64,000 nt of DNA from Eledone cirrhosa (taxonomy: Eukaryota), in NCBI GenBank assembly GCA_964016885.1, contig OZ024740.1, positions 216,628,001 through 216,692,000 of the forward strand. Reading direction: 5' to 3'. Each line of letters begins with the position of its first letter. Positions within the stretch are counted from its first letter, which is position 1. Position numbers and translations under genes: made by a program. The notes beneath the pieces were generated by a model. The model worked only from the letters and a program-made list of their open reading frames with translations, made no database searches and was not told where the DNA came from. Below are positions 51,961 to 64,000 of the stretch, in pieces.

Positions 51961-53126
51961 TTCTAAACACCTGGTAGATTGGTGGAATTGTTAGGGTGTC
52001 AGACAAAACCATTATTTTCTAAACACCTGGTAGATTGGTGGAATTGTTGGGGTGTCAGACAAAACCATTATTTTTTAAACACCTGGTAGATTGGTGGAAT
52101 TGTTAAGGTGTCAGACAAAACCATTATTTTCTAAACACCTGGTAGATTGGTGGAATTGTTGGGGTGTCAGACAAAACCATTATTTTCTAAACACCTGGTA
52201 GATTGGTGGAATTGTTAGGGTGTCAGACAAAACCATTATTTTCTAAACACCTGGTAGATTGGTGGAATTGTTGGGGTGTCAGACAAAACCATTATTTTTT
52301 AAACACCTGGTAGATTGGTGGAATTGTTAAGGTGTCAGACAAAACCATTATTTTCTAAACACCTGGTAGATTGGTGGAATTGTTAGGGTGTCAGACAAAA
52401 CCATTATTTTCTAAACACCTGGTAGATTGGTGGAATTGTTGGGGTGTCAGACAAAACCATTATTTTTTAAACACCTGGTAGATTGGTGGAATTGTTAAGG
52501 TGTCAGACAAAACCATTATTTTCTAAACACCTGGTAGATTGGTGGAATTGTTGGGGTGTCAGACAAAACCATTATTTTCTAAACACCTGGTAGATTGGTG
52601 GAATTGTTAGGGTGTCAGACAAAACCATTATTTTCTAAACACCTGGTAGATTGGTGGAATTGTTGGGGTGTCAGACAAAACCATTATTTTCTAAACACCT
52701 AGTAGATTGGTGGAATTGTTAAGGTGTCAGACAAAACCATTATTTTCTAAACACCTGGTAGATTGGTGGAATTGTTGGGGTGTCAGACAAAACCATTATT
52801 TTCTAAACACCTGGTAGATTGGTGGAATTGTTGGGGTGTCAGACAAAACCATTATTTTCTAAACACCTGGTAGATTGGTGGAATTGTTAGGGTGTCAGAC
52901 AAAACCATTATTTTCTAAACACCTGGTAGATTGGTGGAATTGTTGGGGTGTCAGACAAAACCATTATTTTTTAAACACCTGGTAGATTGGTGGAATTGTT
53001 AGGGTGTCGACAAAACCATTATTTTCTAAACACCTGGTAGATTGGTGGAATTGTTAGGGTGTCAGACAAAACCATTATTTTCTAAACACTTGGTAGATTG
53101 GTGGAATTGTTAGGGTGTCAGACAAA
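51950..53126. repeat. 56-bp tandem array, about 21 copies, derived from a SINE tail-head junction
   Basis: Unit AAACCATTATTTTCTAAACACCTGGTAGATTGGTGGAATTGTTAGGGTGTCAGACA; period 56 (CC at 51953, 52009, 52065). Confidence 0.97.
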
Positions 53127-53225
53127 TGCTTTTAGTAATATTATTTGGCTCTTTATGTTCTGAGTTCAAATCTTGCCAAATTCAACTTTCCGTTTCTTCC
53201 TTTCAGGGTCAATAAAATAAAAGAG
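53092..53225 (+). mobile_element. Nin-core SINE continuing from the last array unit
   Basis: ...GTCAGACAAATGCTTT...CTGAGTTCAAATC...CCTTTCAGGGTCAATAAAATAAA. Confidence 0.7.
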
Positions 53226-53269
53226 CATTCAAATATTCAGAATAGTTTAATCTATTTTCTGCATCCGGT

Positions 53270-53377
53270 GCAGCCAGTTATTTGGGATGCCACTATTGCA
53301 GCCAGTTATTTGGGATGCCACTATTGCAGCCAGTTATTGGGGTGCCACTATTGCAGCCAGTTATTGGGGTGCCACAC
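53270..53377. repeat. 27-28-bp tandem repeat, 4 copies
   Basis: GCAGCCAGTTATTTGGGATGCCACTATT. Confidence 0.9.
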
Positions 53378-53404
53378 TAGATGTGCCACTGGTGCAGACA
53401 GTTG

Positions 53405-53600
53405 TTAGGGTGCCATTGGTTCAGCCAGTCGTTTGAGTGCCACTTGTCTTTATTCTCTGTCATATGTAGAAGGATCTCAGTGTTGTGACCAGTCCAGTCT
53501 TTAATGTTACCAGACCAAGATTTCCTTTGTCTGCCTCTTGTCCCCCCTCCCTCCACAGTGCCCTGAAGGATGGTTTTAGACAAGGAGTTATAACTTGTAA
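53405..53600 (-). mobile_element. RTE/BovB-like LINE 3' end
   Basis: SKTILQGTVEGGGTRGRQRKSWSGNIKDWTG...ENKDKW. Confidence 0.8.
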
Positions 53601-54161
53601 GAATTACTCCATGTAAGAATCTATGTTTTCCTGAAACTGTTTCACAGTCATGGATTTTATTTTAATACAAGATTACAGATTTAAGAATTGTAAAATACAA
53701 AAACAAAATCAGAACACTTTAGAGGCACTCAAGATGAAAATGGCTCTGGCACCATAGGTCCCTGGCCCCTAGCTAGGAGGGTGAACATTTTCTAAAGCAT
53801 GCAATACATTAAGAAAGAAACATTTGAATTGTGTCAAAATAAAAGAGAATTTAAAATAGTAGATAGGAATATTTTATGAAGCAGTTTCATTGCTCAATCT
53901 AATAACAGAATTTCATTTCAGAATCTGTCTATGATTCATTAGGTTTAGTTTCTCAGAGAAACTCCCACCTTCCTCCAATCAATCTGTAATATTACCCTTG
54001 TCATGTTTTCATATAATACTTGCAAATCTTTTGATGGTCTTTAAAGACAGGATTGTGAATATATAAACCAAACTTGTAGAAAATGGTCATGCCTGGGCAT
54101 GATTAGACATCAGTCATTTCTTAGTATGGTTGTAGGAATACACACATATACAAATACATAG

Positions 54162-54269
54162 GTACTACTACTACTACTGCTGCTGCTCCTGCTACTACTA
54201 CTACTACATCTGCTGCTGCTGCTACTACTACTACTACTATTACTACTACTACTACTACTACTACTGCAG

Positions 54270-54345
<76 letters not shown>

Positions 54346-54347
54346 CA
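54162..54347. repeat. (ACT)n tract
   Basis: Seen directly. Confidence 0.95.
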
Positions 54348-55057
54348 CATACTCATGTTTGTGTCATCATCATCATCATTATTTATATTTCCAGTTTTCT
54401 TTGCTGGTATGGGTTGGACTGGACCTTTTGAGGCAGTGTTTTATCATGCCAACCCATTTAGTCATATATTGTAATGCACTGAAATATTGTGTACCTACTC
54501 TAAAATCTGGGATACACTGGGAAAATATGTGTGTGTGGTATGTGTGTATACACAGTTGTGAGTATAAACCAGTGAAAAGATCAATTAAAACATGGTGTGG
54601 AAGTTAAGAAAATTTGTATGCAACTGGTTTCATAAACCTATTGACAATGCATCTGGTGAGTTAGCTATATTCATATCTATAAAACCACTGGTAATGCATG
54701 AATAAGTCAAACTGCTAACACAAATATATGCACACTAGCTCACACATGCATGCACACACTCATATATCCACACACACACATATTATTCAGTACTTCATAA
54801 ATTTTGTTTTGGGCAAAGTATTAGAACATTGGATTAAATGATTTTGTATATTTTCTGTCTCTCTGCATTCTTGAGTTCAAATCCTACCAGGGTTGACTTT
54901 GCCTTTTATCCTTTCAAGTTTGATAAATAATACCAGTCTAGTAATTCTTCATCTATCTCCCTTTATCACTTTCTCTTACTCATACATTCCATTTTTTGGC
55001 TTAGTTTCTACAGCTGGGTAACCTTCCTAATGCTAACAGCTTGACAGAGTGTGTATT

Positions 55058-55437
55058 CATCATCATCATCATCACCATTTTACATCCATTCGTCCACGCT
55101 AGCATGGGTTAGACGTGTTGTCCTGTTGTGGGCAATGCCAGGTCAGGTGACCATGTCTTGCTCTGGCTTGATTTCTACAGCTGGATGCCCTTCCTAACCA
55201 ACATCATTTACAGTGATTGCTGGGTGCTTTTTTGCCATGGCACCTCCACGACCACTTTGCAATGGAATGATAGGGACCCCAGTCCCTATCATCTCATTTC
55301 TACAGCTGAGTAAACTGGAGCAATGTGAAATAAAGTGTCTTGCTCAAGGAAACAACACATCACCCGGTCTGAGAATTGAACTCACAACCTTTCGATTGCA
55401 AGGCCAATGCTCTAACCACTAAGCCATGTGCCTTCAC
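55058..55437 (-). mobile_element. tRNA-derived SINE with RTE tail, full length
   Basis: Matches 27378-27768. Confidence 0.9.
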
Positions 55438-57432
55438 ATTTATTGAGTGATTTTATTGTGACACCAGCACTATCACTTTACAGAGTGACAGCAGCACAAC
55501 TATTTCAAACAGCATGCTTATTTTAAGGTGGTACCAACACTGCTGATTTTGTCTTGGACCTTGAGAAGCTGAGGGGCTATAACGCCATTCACTGTTGCTT
55601 CTACTTATTTATGTTGTGCAGCTAGAAGGGTGAATAGAAGAGAGAGCAAGGCAGAAGAAGAGAGGGAGTTGGTAAAGGGGTGTGAGAGTATATTGGAGGA
55701 GAGAGATGATGGTAGAAGGATTATTAGTGGAAAGAGAGTAAAAATCTGATGAAAGAGGTAGTAATGGTAGCAACATGTTTTCTGGTGAGAGAGTGAGTAG
55801 TGGGTGATAGGAGAATGAGAAGTACTCTTGGGGAGAAAAGGTGATGATAGAGGGGTTAGTACATCCCTCATGGAATAACTATAATAGTCAGAGGAAGTGG
55901 ACTGATAAGGTTAGTGTCAGGGTGTTTAGCACAGTCTGTCCTGTGGGTAGCATGGTGCAGTGAAAATGAAAGTAAGTGGGTTAGCATCAGGAGAAGGAGA
56001 ATATTAGAGACATCCATAGCACTGTAGCCAGGGTGGGTGGGGGGGTGGGGGGGCAGTATGGTATAGTAAATAGGATGGGAGGAGAGGTGCAGAAAATGAA
56101 GGGATCAGTATTGAGTAGGATCTCTCAAACTTGTCATTTTAATGTTCCTTTCCCAAGCATAAACCAATTAACTCCATTGGGAGACTTAGCCTTTAGAAAC
56201 AGAGACAGATGCTTGGGTGATGGTATTTTATGTGGAGTATTTAGTTGTTGGGGAGGAACAATTCTATACATACACACATACAGGTTATTTTCATAGATTC
56301 ACAGTTGTATAAATGTAACTATACTATAGTTGTAGAAATGATGAGTATCCTCTGCCACCAACTAACTTATTCTCTACCTCTTGGTCTTGGCTGACAGGAT
56401 GGAGAATACATTGCCCCAGAGTATGGTGAGAGAGACTTGCTGAAACAGCCGCTCCACCTATTGGGGCCTGCACCTGCAGGTGGCCAACTCAACCCCGATA
56501 GTCAGGTTTATCTGTTGATATAGAATACTTATATTTGAAGCTCAGTTAACCCTCTATTATTGTATATGATAGCGTTAAGCTATATTTCAGTTCTGTTACT
56601 TTCTCTGTGTAGAACTAGTTAAAAAGAAAATGTATTTTATTTTTATAATTACTTTCTATTGAACATAAGCCTCATTAAATTGAATTGTTTATATTTATAA
56701 TAGAACTAATGTTATAGCTGCCATTTATGGCTTCTCTCACTATAATAGATTTTAATTGGATGTAGGTGTAAGTTATTCATTCAGCTACATACTATTCAAC
56801 AATAACATTAACAGTTTTTTTAAATGTTGTTGTTTTTTTTTCATATATTTCTATTATTGTTAACTGAAATTGGTGATAGTTTAATCATAAATTACATTTA
56901 TAGCAATAAAATATGTAGACATAGCTAAATATAGCTACAAATGAAAGAATTAAATAAATGAAATGTTTACAATTATATGTTTATTCATTTGTTAAAAATT
57001 TATTTAAGCAGTCGAATTCTAATAATAGTATCAAACTGTTTCATAAAATTTCCATATGACCTTAATTCTATCCTTAAGGCTACCATTAATGTTGTAGAGA
57101 CTAGATGGTTTAAAACTGTTCCCGGTTCTATGATACAAAACTTTGTTTTAAAATATTTATATTTATCTTAAAAAAAAACTTTTGAGAGCCTTTTTGTTTT
57201 GTTCCAAACAAAAGTTTAATAACAAGAAATTTAATTATATTATTAAATCCTTCCAAATTCTTAATTATTTCCGAAATTATTTAGAAATCTTAGGCAATGT
57301 CTTCTGCTACTGATCTACCTGAAACCACCCCTGGTTCTAAAATACAAACTTTATTTTTGTAGAGTTAACATCTATCTTGAAAAATCTTGCCTCATAATTT
57401 CTTACAAGAACCTTCCTTATGTTCCAATATAT

Positions 57433-57479
<47 letters not shown>

Positions 57480-57493
<14 letters not shown>

Positions 57494-57722
57494 TATGTTA
57501 TATGTTATGGAATATATATATATACATATATATGTTATATGTTATGGAATATATATATATACATATATATGTTATATGTTATGGAATATATATATATACA
57601 TATATATGTTATATGTTATGGAATATATATATTTACATATATATGTTATATGTTATGGAATATATATATTTACATATATATGTTATATGTTATATATATA
57701 TATACATTTATATGTTATGGAA
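57480..57722. repeat. about 34-36-bp minisatellite grown inside (TA)n
   Basis: Unit ACATATATATGTTATATGTTATGGAATATATATAT, about 6 copies. Confidence 0.9.
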
Positions 57723-57780
57723 TACTGTTAGCTTCTCGCTACAACAATTTCTATACTTTTCATTTATATATATATACATT

Positions 57781-57840
<60 letters not shown>

Positions 57841-57865
57841 CATATTTATATATATATATATATAG

Positions 57866-57944
<79 letters not shown>

Positions 57945-58012
57945 TACATATGCATATATATATATATTAGCTCTCTTGCAAGCAGGGAAAAGCGGACGTA
58001 AAATGATGATGA

Positions 58013-58065
<53 letters not shown>

Positions 58066-58527
58066 TATATATAAATACACATATATATATACATACACAC
58101 ATATATATATAAATACACATATATATATACACACACACATATATATACAAATACACACATATATACACAAATACACACATATATACACACACAGACATAT
58201 GTATTACATGTTCATTATTTAAGCCATCCACTAATTTCCATATTTTATTTTTTCCTATCTTCAGTTTAATATTTCCATCTCTTACCTTTAAATGTTGAAA
58301 AAACATCCAAGACAATTATACTTTCATATAATTTATTCTAATCTAATGAGGTTTATTGTTTAATCTCGTTAACTCTATTATTTCTTTAATAGCAACATCA
58401 AAACAAACTAAATAAAATGGAAAAATACAAGTTTAAGTAAATAAAAAGATATATAAAATGAATTGAAACAAGAAAAATGAACTTCCAAATTGCCATGTAG
58501 GTGTGGATGTTTCTCTAGCATATATTA

Positions 58528-58892
58528 TCTACTGCTAGTACTACTGCTACTACTACTACTACTGCTGTTGTTGCTAGTATTACTGATACAACTACTACTA
58601 CTGCTACTACTACTACTACTACTACTGTTGTTGCTAGTACTACTGCTACTACTACTGCTGCTGCTGTTGTTGCTAGTATTACTGATACTACTACTACTGC
58701 TGCTGCTGTTGCTGCTACTGCTGCTACTGCTACTACTAATACTACTACCACCATTACTACTACTACTATTGCTAATACTACTACTACTACTATTACTACA
58801 ACTACTACCCCTCCACCACTACTACTACTACTACTATTACTACTACTACTACTACCCCTCCACCACTACTACTACTACTACTACCGCTACTC
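58528..58892. repeat. (CTA/CTG)n tract
   Basis: Seen directly; explains the poly-Leu ORF. Confidence 0.95.
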
Positions 58893-59825
58893 CATTGTAT
58901 ATATGGGTGGCCCTCATACACAAACAATTAGAATACAGCAGCCCTCAATTTTACATATCAAAGTCAGCTTGGCGCAAGTAATTGGAATTGAAAAGTTATT
59001 CATACAGGTGTTAAATTAAAAAAAATTAACTATCCTAAAACTAAAAAGCCCAGTAAAGGGCACAAATAAATTGCTCCGGCCAACGCTGGTGATCCCCCCA
59101 CATACTCCAGGGGGCCTGGAGAAATCCCCCCCCCCCCCGCAACTCCCAGTTAGATCCGGCTCTAGTGCCAACTTATTGTCAATTTAACAGTTAACCCCCC
59201 GTTAAGTCACTGGTGCTCACAATGCCAAGATCATCTGATTAAACTGATGATCATCGCATGAACTACTACTTACTATGAGACAAGCAGGATTTTCATCAAG
59301 GCTTACTCCTATATCAAACCTGTTCTGCTAGACTAATCCTATGATAGCCATATCAGAGGTACTTCATGTAGGATGTAGCTTTTCACCACACAGATTGGTC
59401 TTTGAACTGAGAAAGGGTAGGTGCTCAGCTTGAATGAGCATATATCACATGTCATCAGTTCATTGAGTGGCATGTTGAACAGGCACTGGGACACAAGGGG
59501 ACATTTTACACCTCAGAAACAGCAGCATCAGTATAAGAGATCATATAATATTCTCTCTTCAACACAGGTTAAGCTTCTTGTACTGATGTTGTAGAATGAA
59601 GTCTTTTGCTTCTTAATCTCATTAATGTCACTTGGTGTTTTCCCTCTCTTTCATATTGTATTGGACATTTTGAAGTTATTGGTCTGGTTGAAAGATAGGG
59701 CCACGGATATATACATATATATATATATCAGTTTGGAAGTGGTAAAAACCAGTTAGACCATCATTCACCAGAGTAGTTGAAGTTAGACCATTACTCACCA
59801 TATATATAAATATATATATATATAT

Positions 59826-60250
59826 CATCATCATCTTCGTTTAACGTCCATCTTCCACGCTAGCATGGGTTAGACGGGAGTTGTCCCACTTGAGGCAAGG
59901 TTGGTCGGGTGACCATGTCTCGCTCATATAGGACTATCTGGCAGGTTTTCTATGGCTGGATGCCCTTCCTAATACCAATATATAAATATATATATGTTTA
60001 TATCATCATCATCAACACCGTTTTACATCCATTCTTCCGCGCTAGCATGGGATAAATGAGTTGTTCTGTGGCAAGCACTGCTATGTCAGGTGACCATGTC
60101 TTGCTCATATAAAACTGATTTTGGCTTGGTTTCTACAGTTGGATGCCCTTCCTAATGCCAACCACATTTACAGTGTGTATTGGGTGCGTTTTGTCAAGAC
60201 ACCTACACAACCACTGTACTGTGAGTTTTGGGTCCTTTTTGTCGTTACCG
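59826..60250 (-). mobile_element. two adjacent RTE 3' UTR fragments
   Basis: (CAT)n followed by ...CACGCTAGCATGGG...GGATGCCCTTCCTAA twice (59826-59978 and 60003-60250). Confidence 0.85.
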
Positions 60251-60266
60251 ACCACTTATATATATT

Positions 60267-60463
60267 TCTTTATTTTATTATAGAAATGACTTCTACAGGA
60301 GTAGAACCGTTTCATTCATGAGAAATCACCAGGAATGTCCTCATGGAAGAAACAGTTCTAGTCCTGTAGAAGTCATTTCTATAATAAAATAAAGATGCTT
60401 ATACTCTATCAAGGTATTTTTTAACTGTGGTCACTGCCCGATATACATCAGGAATCCACCTAT
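60267..60463. mobile_element. Penelope-like remnant with fold-back palindrome (60267-60395)
   Basis: TCTTTATTTTATTATAGAAATGACTTCTACAGGA / TCCTGTAGAAGTCATTTCTATAATAAAATAAAGA; both arms carry GAAAC(A/G)GTTC; flanked by (TA)n. Confidence 0.6.
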
Positions 60464-60577
60464 TATATATATATATATATATATATGTATGTAAAAGGTA
60501 AACAGAAATAACAACACAATCGGTACAGTATGTGGACGGTATATATTAGGTTAACGCTTGATATAGCAGGAAGAGGG

Positions 60578-60614
60578 TCTTAACGTTTCGGACGCTAGTC
60601 CTTCATCAGAAGAA
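60578..60614 (-). ncRNA. minimal type I hammerhead ribozyme (Penelope-like)
   Basis: Minus strand TTCTT-CTGATGA-A-GGAC-TAGC-GTCC-GAAA-CG-TT-AAGA: intact core, 4-bp stem II, palindromic AACGTT stem III, stem I TCTT/AAGA. Confidence 0.8.
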
Positions 60615-61163
60615 AGAATGAGAAATAGGCATATTGAAGGTACTAGGGTGGGAGTGAAAAATAGACGGTTGAAAAGAATGTAGTAGAGGAAAAGTGGTAG
60701 AGAGTCGTGTAATATTTAAATGCAAGAAGCAAAGAAAATTTCAAAGATACGAAAGATTTCATATATATATATACACACACACACAGATGTATAGATAGTC
60801 AGGTAAATAAAGAAGAATCTCTTTTACTATATATAATATAGAGAGAAAGAAAGAGGGGTGATCTATAGGGAGAGAGTGAGTGAGAGAATGATTTATAAAG
60901 AGAGAGAGTGAGTGAGAGAGAATGATTTATAAAGAGAGAGGGAGAGAGTGAATGATAGAGAGAAATATTTTTTAGATCATACAAGAGGAAAGAGAAAATG
61001 AAAGCAGAATAGCAAAAGAAAAATACAAATAAAATGGAAACCAAAAAGTAAATAAAATCTTTAGCTGAGTTAGAAGAAAAAGGATGTAAAGAAAGAATAC
61101 TGTAGGTTAACATTGTCGCCATTGGGGTATATAAGCTGGGAGGAAGCCACAAGAAATGATATA

Positions 61164-61195
<32 letters not shown>

Positions 61196-61296
61196 CATGC
61201 ATGTACATATCACACAGAAATACACACACACACACATATATATATATATTTCTTTCTTTTTTCACATGTACACATTTGTATGTACAAAATCAAATA

Positions 61297-61338
<42 letters not shown>

Positions 61339-61418
61339 CATCATCACCATTTAATGGCTATTTTTCCGCACTTTCATGACACGTGTGTGTATGTGTGTGT
61401 GTGTGTGTATACACACAC

Positions 61419-61457
<39 letters not shown>

Positions 61458-62297
61458 TATATATATACATATATATATATATAATAACCATTTTTAGATC
61501 ACTTGGAATAAAAAAGAATGAAGGAATAGAAGGATAAAAGAGAAGATAAAGAATAAAAAAACTGGTGTGGATGATTTGAAAGTGATGATAAGGGAGAGTA
61601 ATATTTAAGTGAACTGTGATTAAAGACTATTGTTTGCTGACACATTGCCTGTGAAAACCACTCTTTCAATTAAATCATCTTGAAATCATCCTTGCTGAAA
61701 TCATCAGCTCTAGTTATTACAACTATTGTCCTCATTACATCCCCCTCCTTCTTATCTCTCACTCTCTCATCTCCTTCTATCTTTCTCTCTCCCTCTTTCT
61801 GTCTCTGTCGCCTCTCTTCCTCTATCTCTCTGTTTCTCTGTCCCTCATCTCCTATCTTTCTCTCTCTCTGTCTACCCATCTCTCTCTCTATCTTTCTAAC
61901 TCTGTTGCCTCTCTTCCTCTATCTCTCTGTTTGTCTGTCCCCCTCCCTCTCAATCTGTATCTCTCTCTCTCTGTCTGTCTATCCCTCTCTCTCCTTCTGT
62001 GTATTCTGTTTCTCTCCTTCATGTCTCCTGTCCTCTCTCTCCCTCCCTCAAGTCTCCTCTCCCTCCCTCTCACTTTATCTCTATCACTCATCATTTCTTT
62101 ACCATTTTCTTTTTTCATTTTTCTCCTGTTTTTATTTGGTCTTTATTTTTTTTTTTCTTGGGGGGAAACTTCTTTTTTATTTTTATGTTTTTAGTTATTT
62201 AGTTATTTTTCTCCCATGCTCTAGTAGCCAGTAACATCACTGATTCACTGATTCACACACAATTACACAAGCTTCTTTCACAGATAAGTGCATGTAG

Positions 62298-62350
<53 letters not shown>

Positions 62351-62414
62351 CATATATATAGGTGTGTGTGTGTGTGTGCATATATATAGGTGTGTGTATA
62401 TATGAATGTGTGTG

Positions 62415-62458
<44 letters not shown>

Positions 62459-62837
62459 GCCAGACAGACACATTTTTACACATGACATCATTCCAATTTA
62501 AAACTGCTTTGCTGCTATTACACCTTCATCTTAACTCAATTAGTTTTTTTTTTATTTCCCCATATTTATTCAGGAAATTATTTAAAGGAATTGGCTGATA
62601 ACTTTGCTGAAGAATATGCCTTTAATGGAGAAAAATAGGTCTTTTAAATGATGTAGGCTAATTCAACTGAACTCACTAATAAATTTTGGTTTCAGGAATA
62701 TTGGTTTATCTTTGTGATGTGTGGACATTTCCAGCAATGTAACCGAGTGTGTATCACTCTATTGCATTTCTGCAATGGTCTTATCTTGTTATATGTTTAT
62801 GTATAACAACAGTAATTTCATATATATGCACATAAAT

Positions 62838-63075
62838 CATCATCATCAACATCATCGCCGTTTATTGTCTGTTTTTCCAAACTAGCATGGGTTAGACGAG
62901 TTGTCCTGTTGTGAGCAATGTCAGGTCAGGTGACCATGTCTTGCTCATACAGAACTTTTTTTGGCTTGGATTCTACAGCTGGATGCCCTTCCTAATGCCA
63001 ACCACTTTACAGTATAGACTGGGTGTTTTTGTTGTGACACCTACATGACTGCTTTACAGTGTGGGCTGGAGGACT
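62838..63075 (-). mobile_element. RTE 3' UTR fragment
   Basis: (CAT)n...CTAGCATGGGTTAGACG...CAGCTGGATGCCCTTCCTAA. Confidence 0.85.
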
Positions 63076-63484
63076 TTCGTGGGAGAGGTGGGTATTTGGG
63101 TGTGTGTGAGGGGCAAAGTGTTAGGACATGGGAGGTGAATGGAAGGGGGAGGGGAGTTGTGCACACTAGATGTGTACTTCAGCCTGTGATCATGGGAAGT
63201 GTGGGGTGGACATGGCGGTGGTGCATACTATATGCATGCTTTAGCCTGTGCTCATATATATATAACTGTAGGCACACACACATTGTTTGTGTGTGAATTC
63301 TCTCTCTTTTTTCCTCTCTCATAATTTTATGTCTGCTTCCCATGTTGCCAAGAGTTGTTATGGTCTGAGAATAGACTGGTTTCTAGATTGGTAATGAAAC
63401 CATGTCATGTTCATATGCACCAAATTGTGGCATGGTTTCTATAACTTGATGCCCTTCCTACCACCAACAACTTTACAGAGTATA

Positions 63485-63565
<81 letters not shown>

Positions 63566-63935
63566 TATATATATATATATCATCATCATCGTTTAACGTC
63601 TATCTTATATATAAGCTGATCATGTTGGTGACATGATGCAAAATACCCTCTGCAGTCTGTCGGTTGGTCGGTTTTATGCCATAATAAAAGGCACCCAGTC
63701 CATGCTGTAAATGGGATTGAAATTATGAAGGGCATCCAGTTGTAGATACCATTCCTAATGTAGAACATATGATAAATATGTGGTCTGTGATCTCTCTAGT
63801 CTCAGGCTATAACAACTCTTGCCAGTTTTGATACCAACCTTCCTGAAACCACATTTGGTTCCGTGTTGCAAATTTTAAAGTGTTCATATTTCAATTAAAA
63901 TTTCCCATCATAATCTTTATACAGAACACCAACTG

Positions 63936-64000
63936 AATAATGGTTTCTGATTTAGGCACAAGGCCAGCAATTTTGGGGGAAGGGGAAAGTTGATTAAATG
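63936..64000 (-). mobile_element. Nin-core SINE tail, cut by the window edge
   Basis: AATAATGGTTTC...TTAGGCACAAGGCCAGCAATT. Confidence 0.6.

Noticed and set aside
51950-53126. CRISPR-like regular array
   Set aside because: No unique spacers; the whole 56-bp unit is repeated and derives from SINE ends.
58490-58981. Poly-Leu ORF resembling a signal or transmembrane protein
   Set aside because: Translation of a (CTA/CTG)n microsatellite.
58940-59165. Possible hAT-type MITE end (TAGATCCGGCTCT), similar to 5700-5750
   Set aside because: No matching opposite TIR or 8-bp TSD found by eye, so it was left unannotated.
59228-59270. CTGATGA at 59244 followed by a small hairpin, possible hammerhead
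   Set aside because: Followed by GAAC rather than GAAA, with no stem III or stem I; likely chance.

Overview
AT-rich eukaryotic non-coding DNA, very rich in microsatellites. The repeat repertoire (RTE LINEs with (GAT)n tails, tRNA-derived SINEs that borrow those tails, Nin-domain SINEs, kb-long (TA)n tracts) resembles an octopus/cephalopod genome; this assignment is inference. I cannot support any host protein-coding gene. Almost all long ORFs in the track are microsatellite artefacts, and the real coding remnants are all retrotransposon: a 5'-truncated RTE LINE (21.7-24.2 kb) plus several shorter RTE 3' ends, a young Tx1/L1-clade LINE with an open 467-aa ORF and a 12-bp TSD (42.4-44.0 kb), and decayed restriction-like-endonuclease (CRE/NeSL-type) LINE ends. 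Also present are a probable solo LTR, piggyBac-, mariner- and Helitron-type non-autonomous elements, and 20-, 39- and 56-bp tandem arrays. The most striking unannotated signal is a dispersed set of short sequence islands inside (TA)n tracts. These carry type I hammerhead-ribozyme cores (CUGANGA...GAAA-palindrome-UH), some with very long stem II, and are often folded back into palindromes whose centre lies at or in the ribozyme. They look like Penelope-like/retrozyme-type remnants. Second, the Tx1 LINE family appears to have inserted twice at the same TATCTATCTCTC target, with an inverted duplicate nearby preserving the earlier state.
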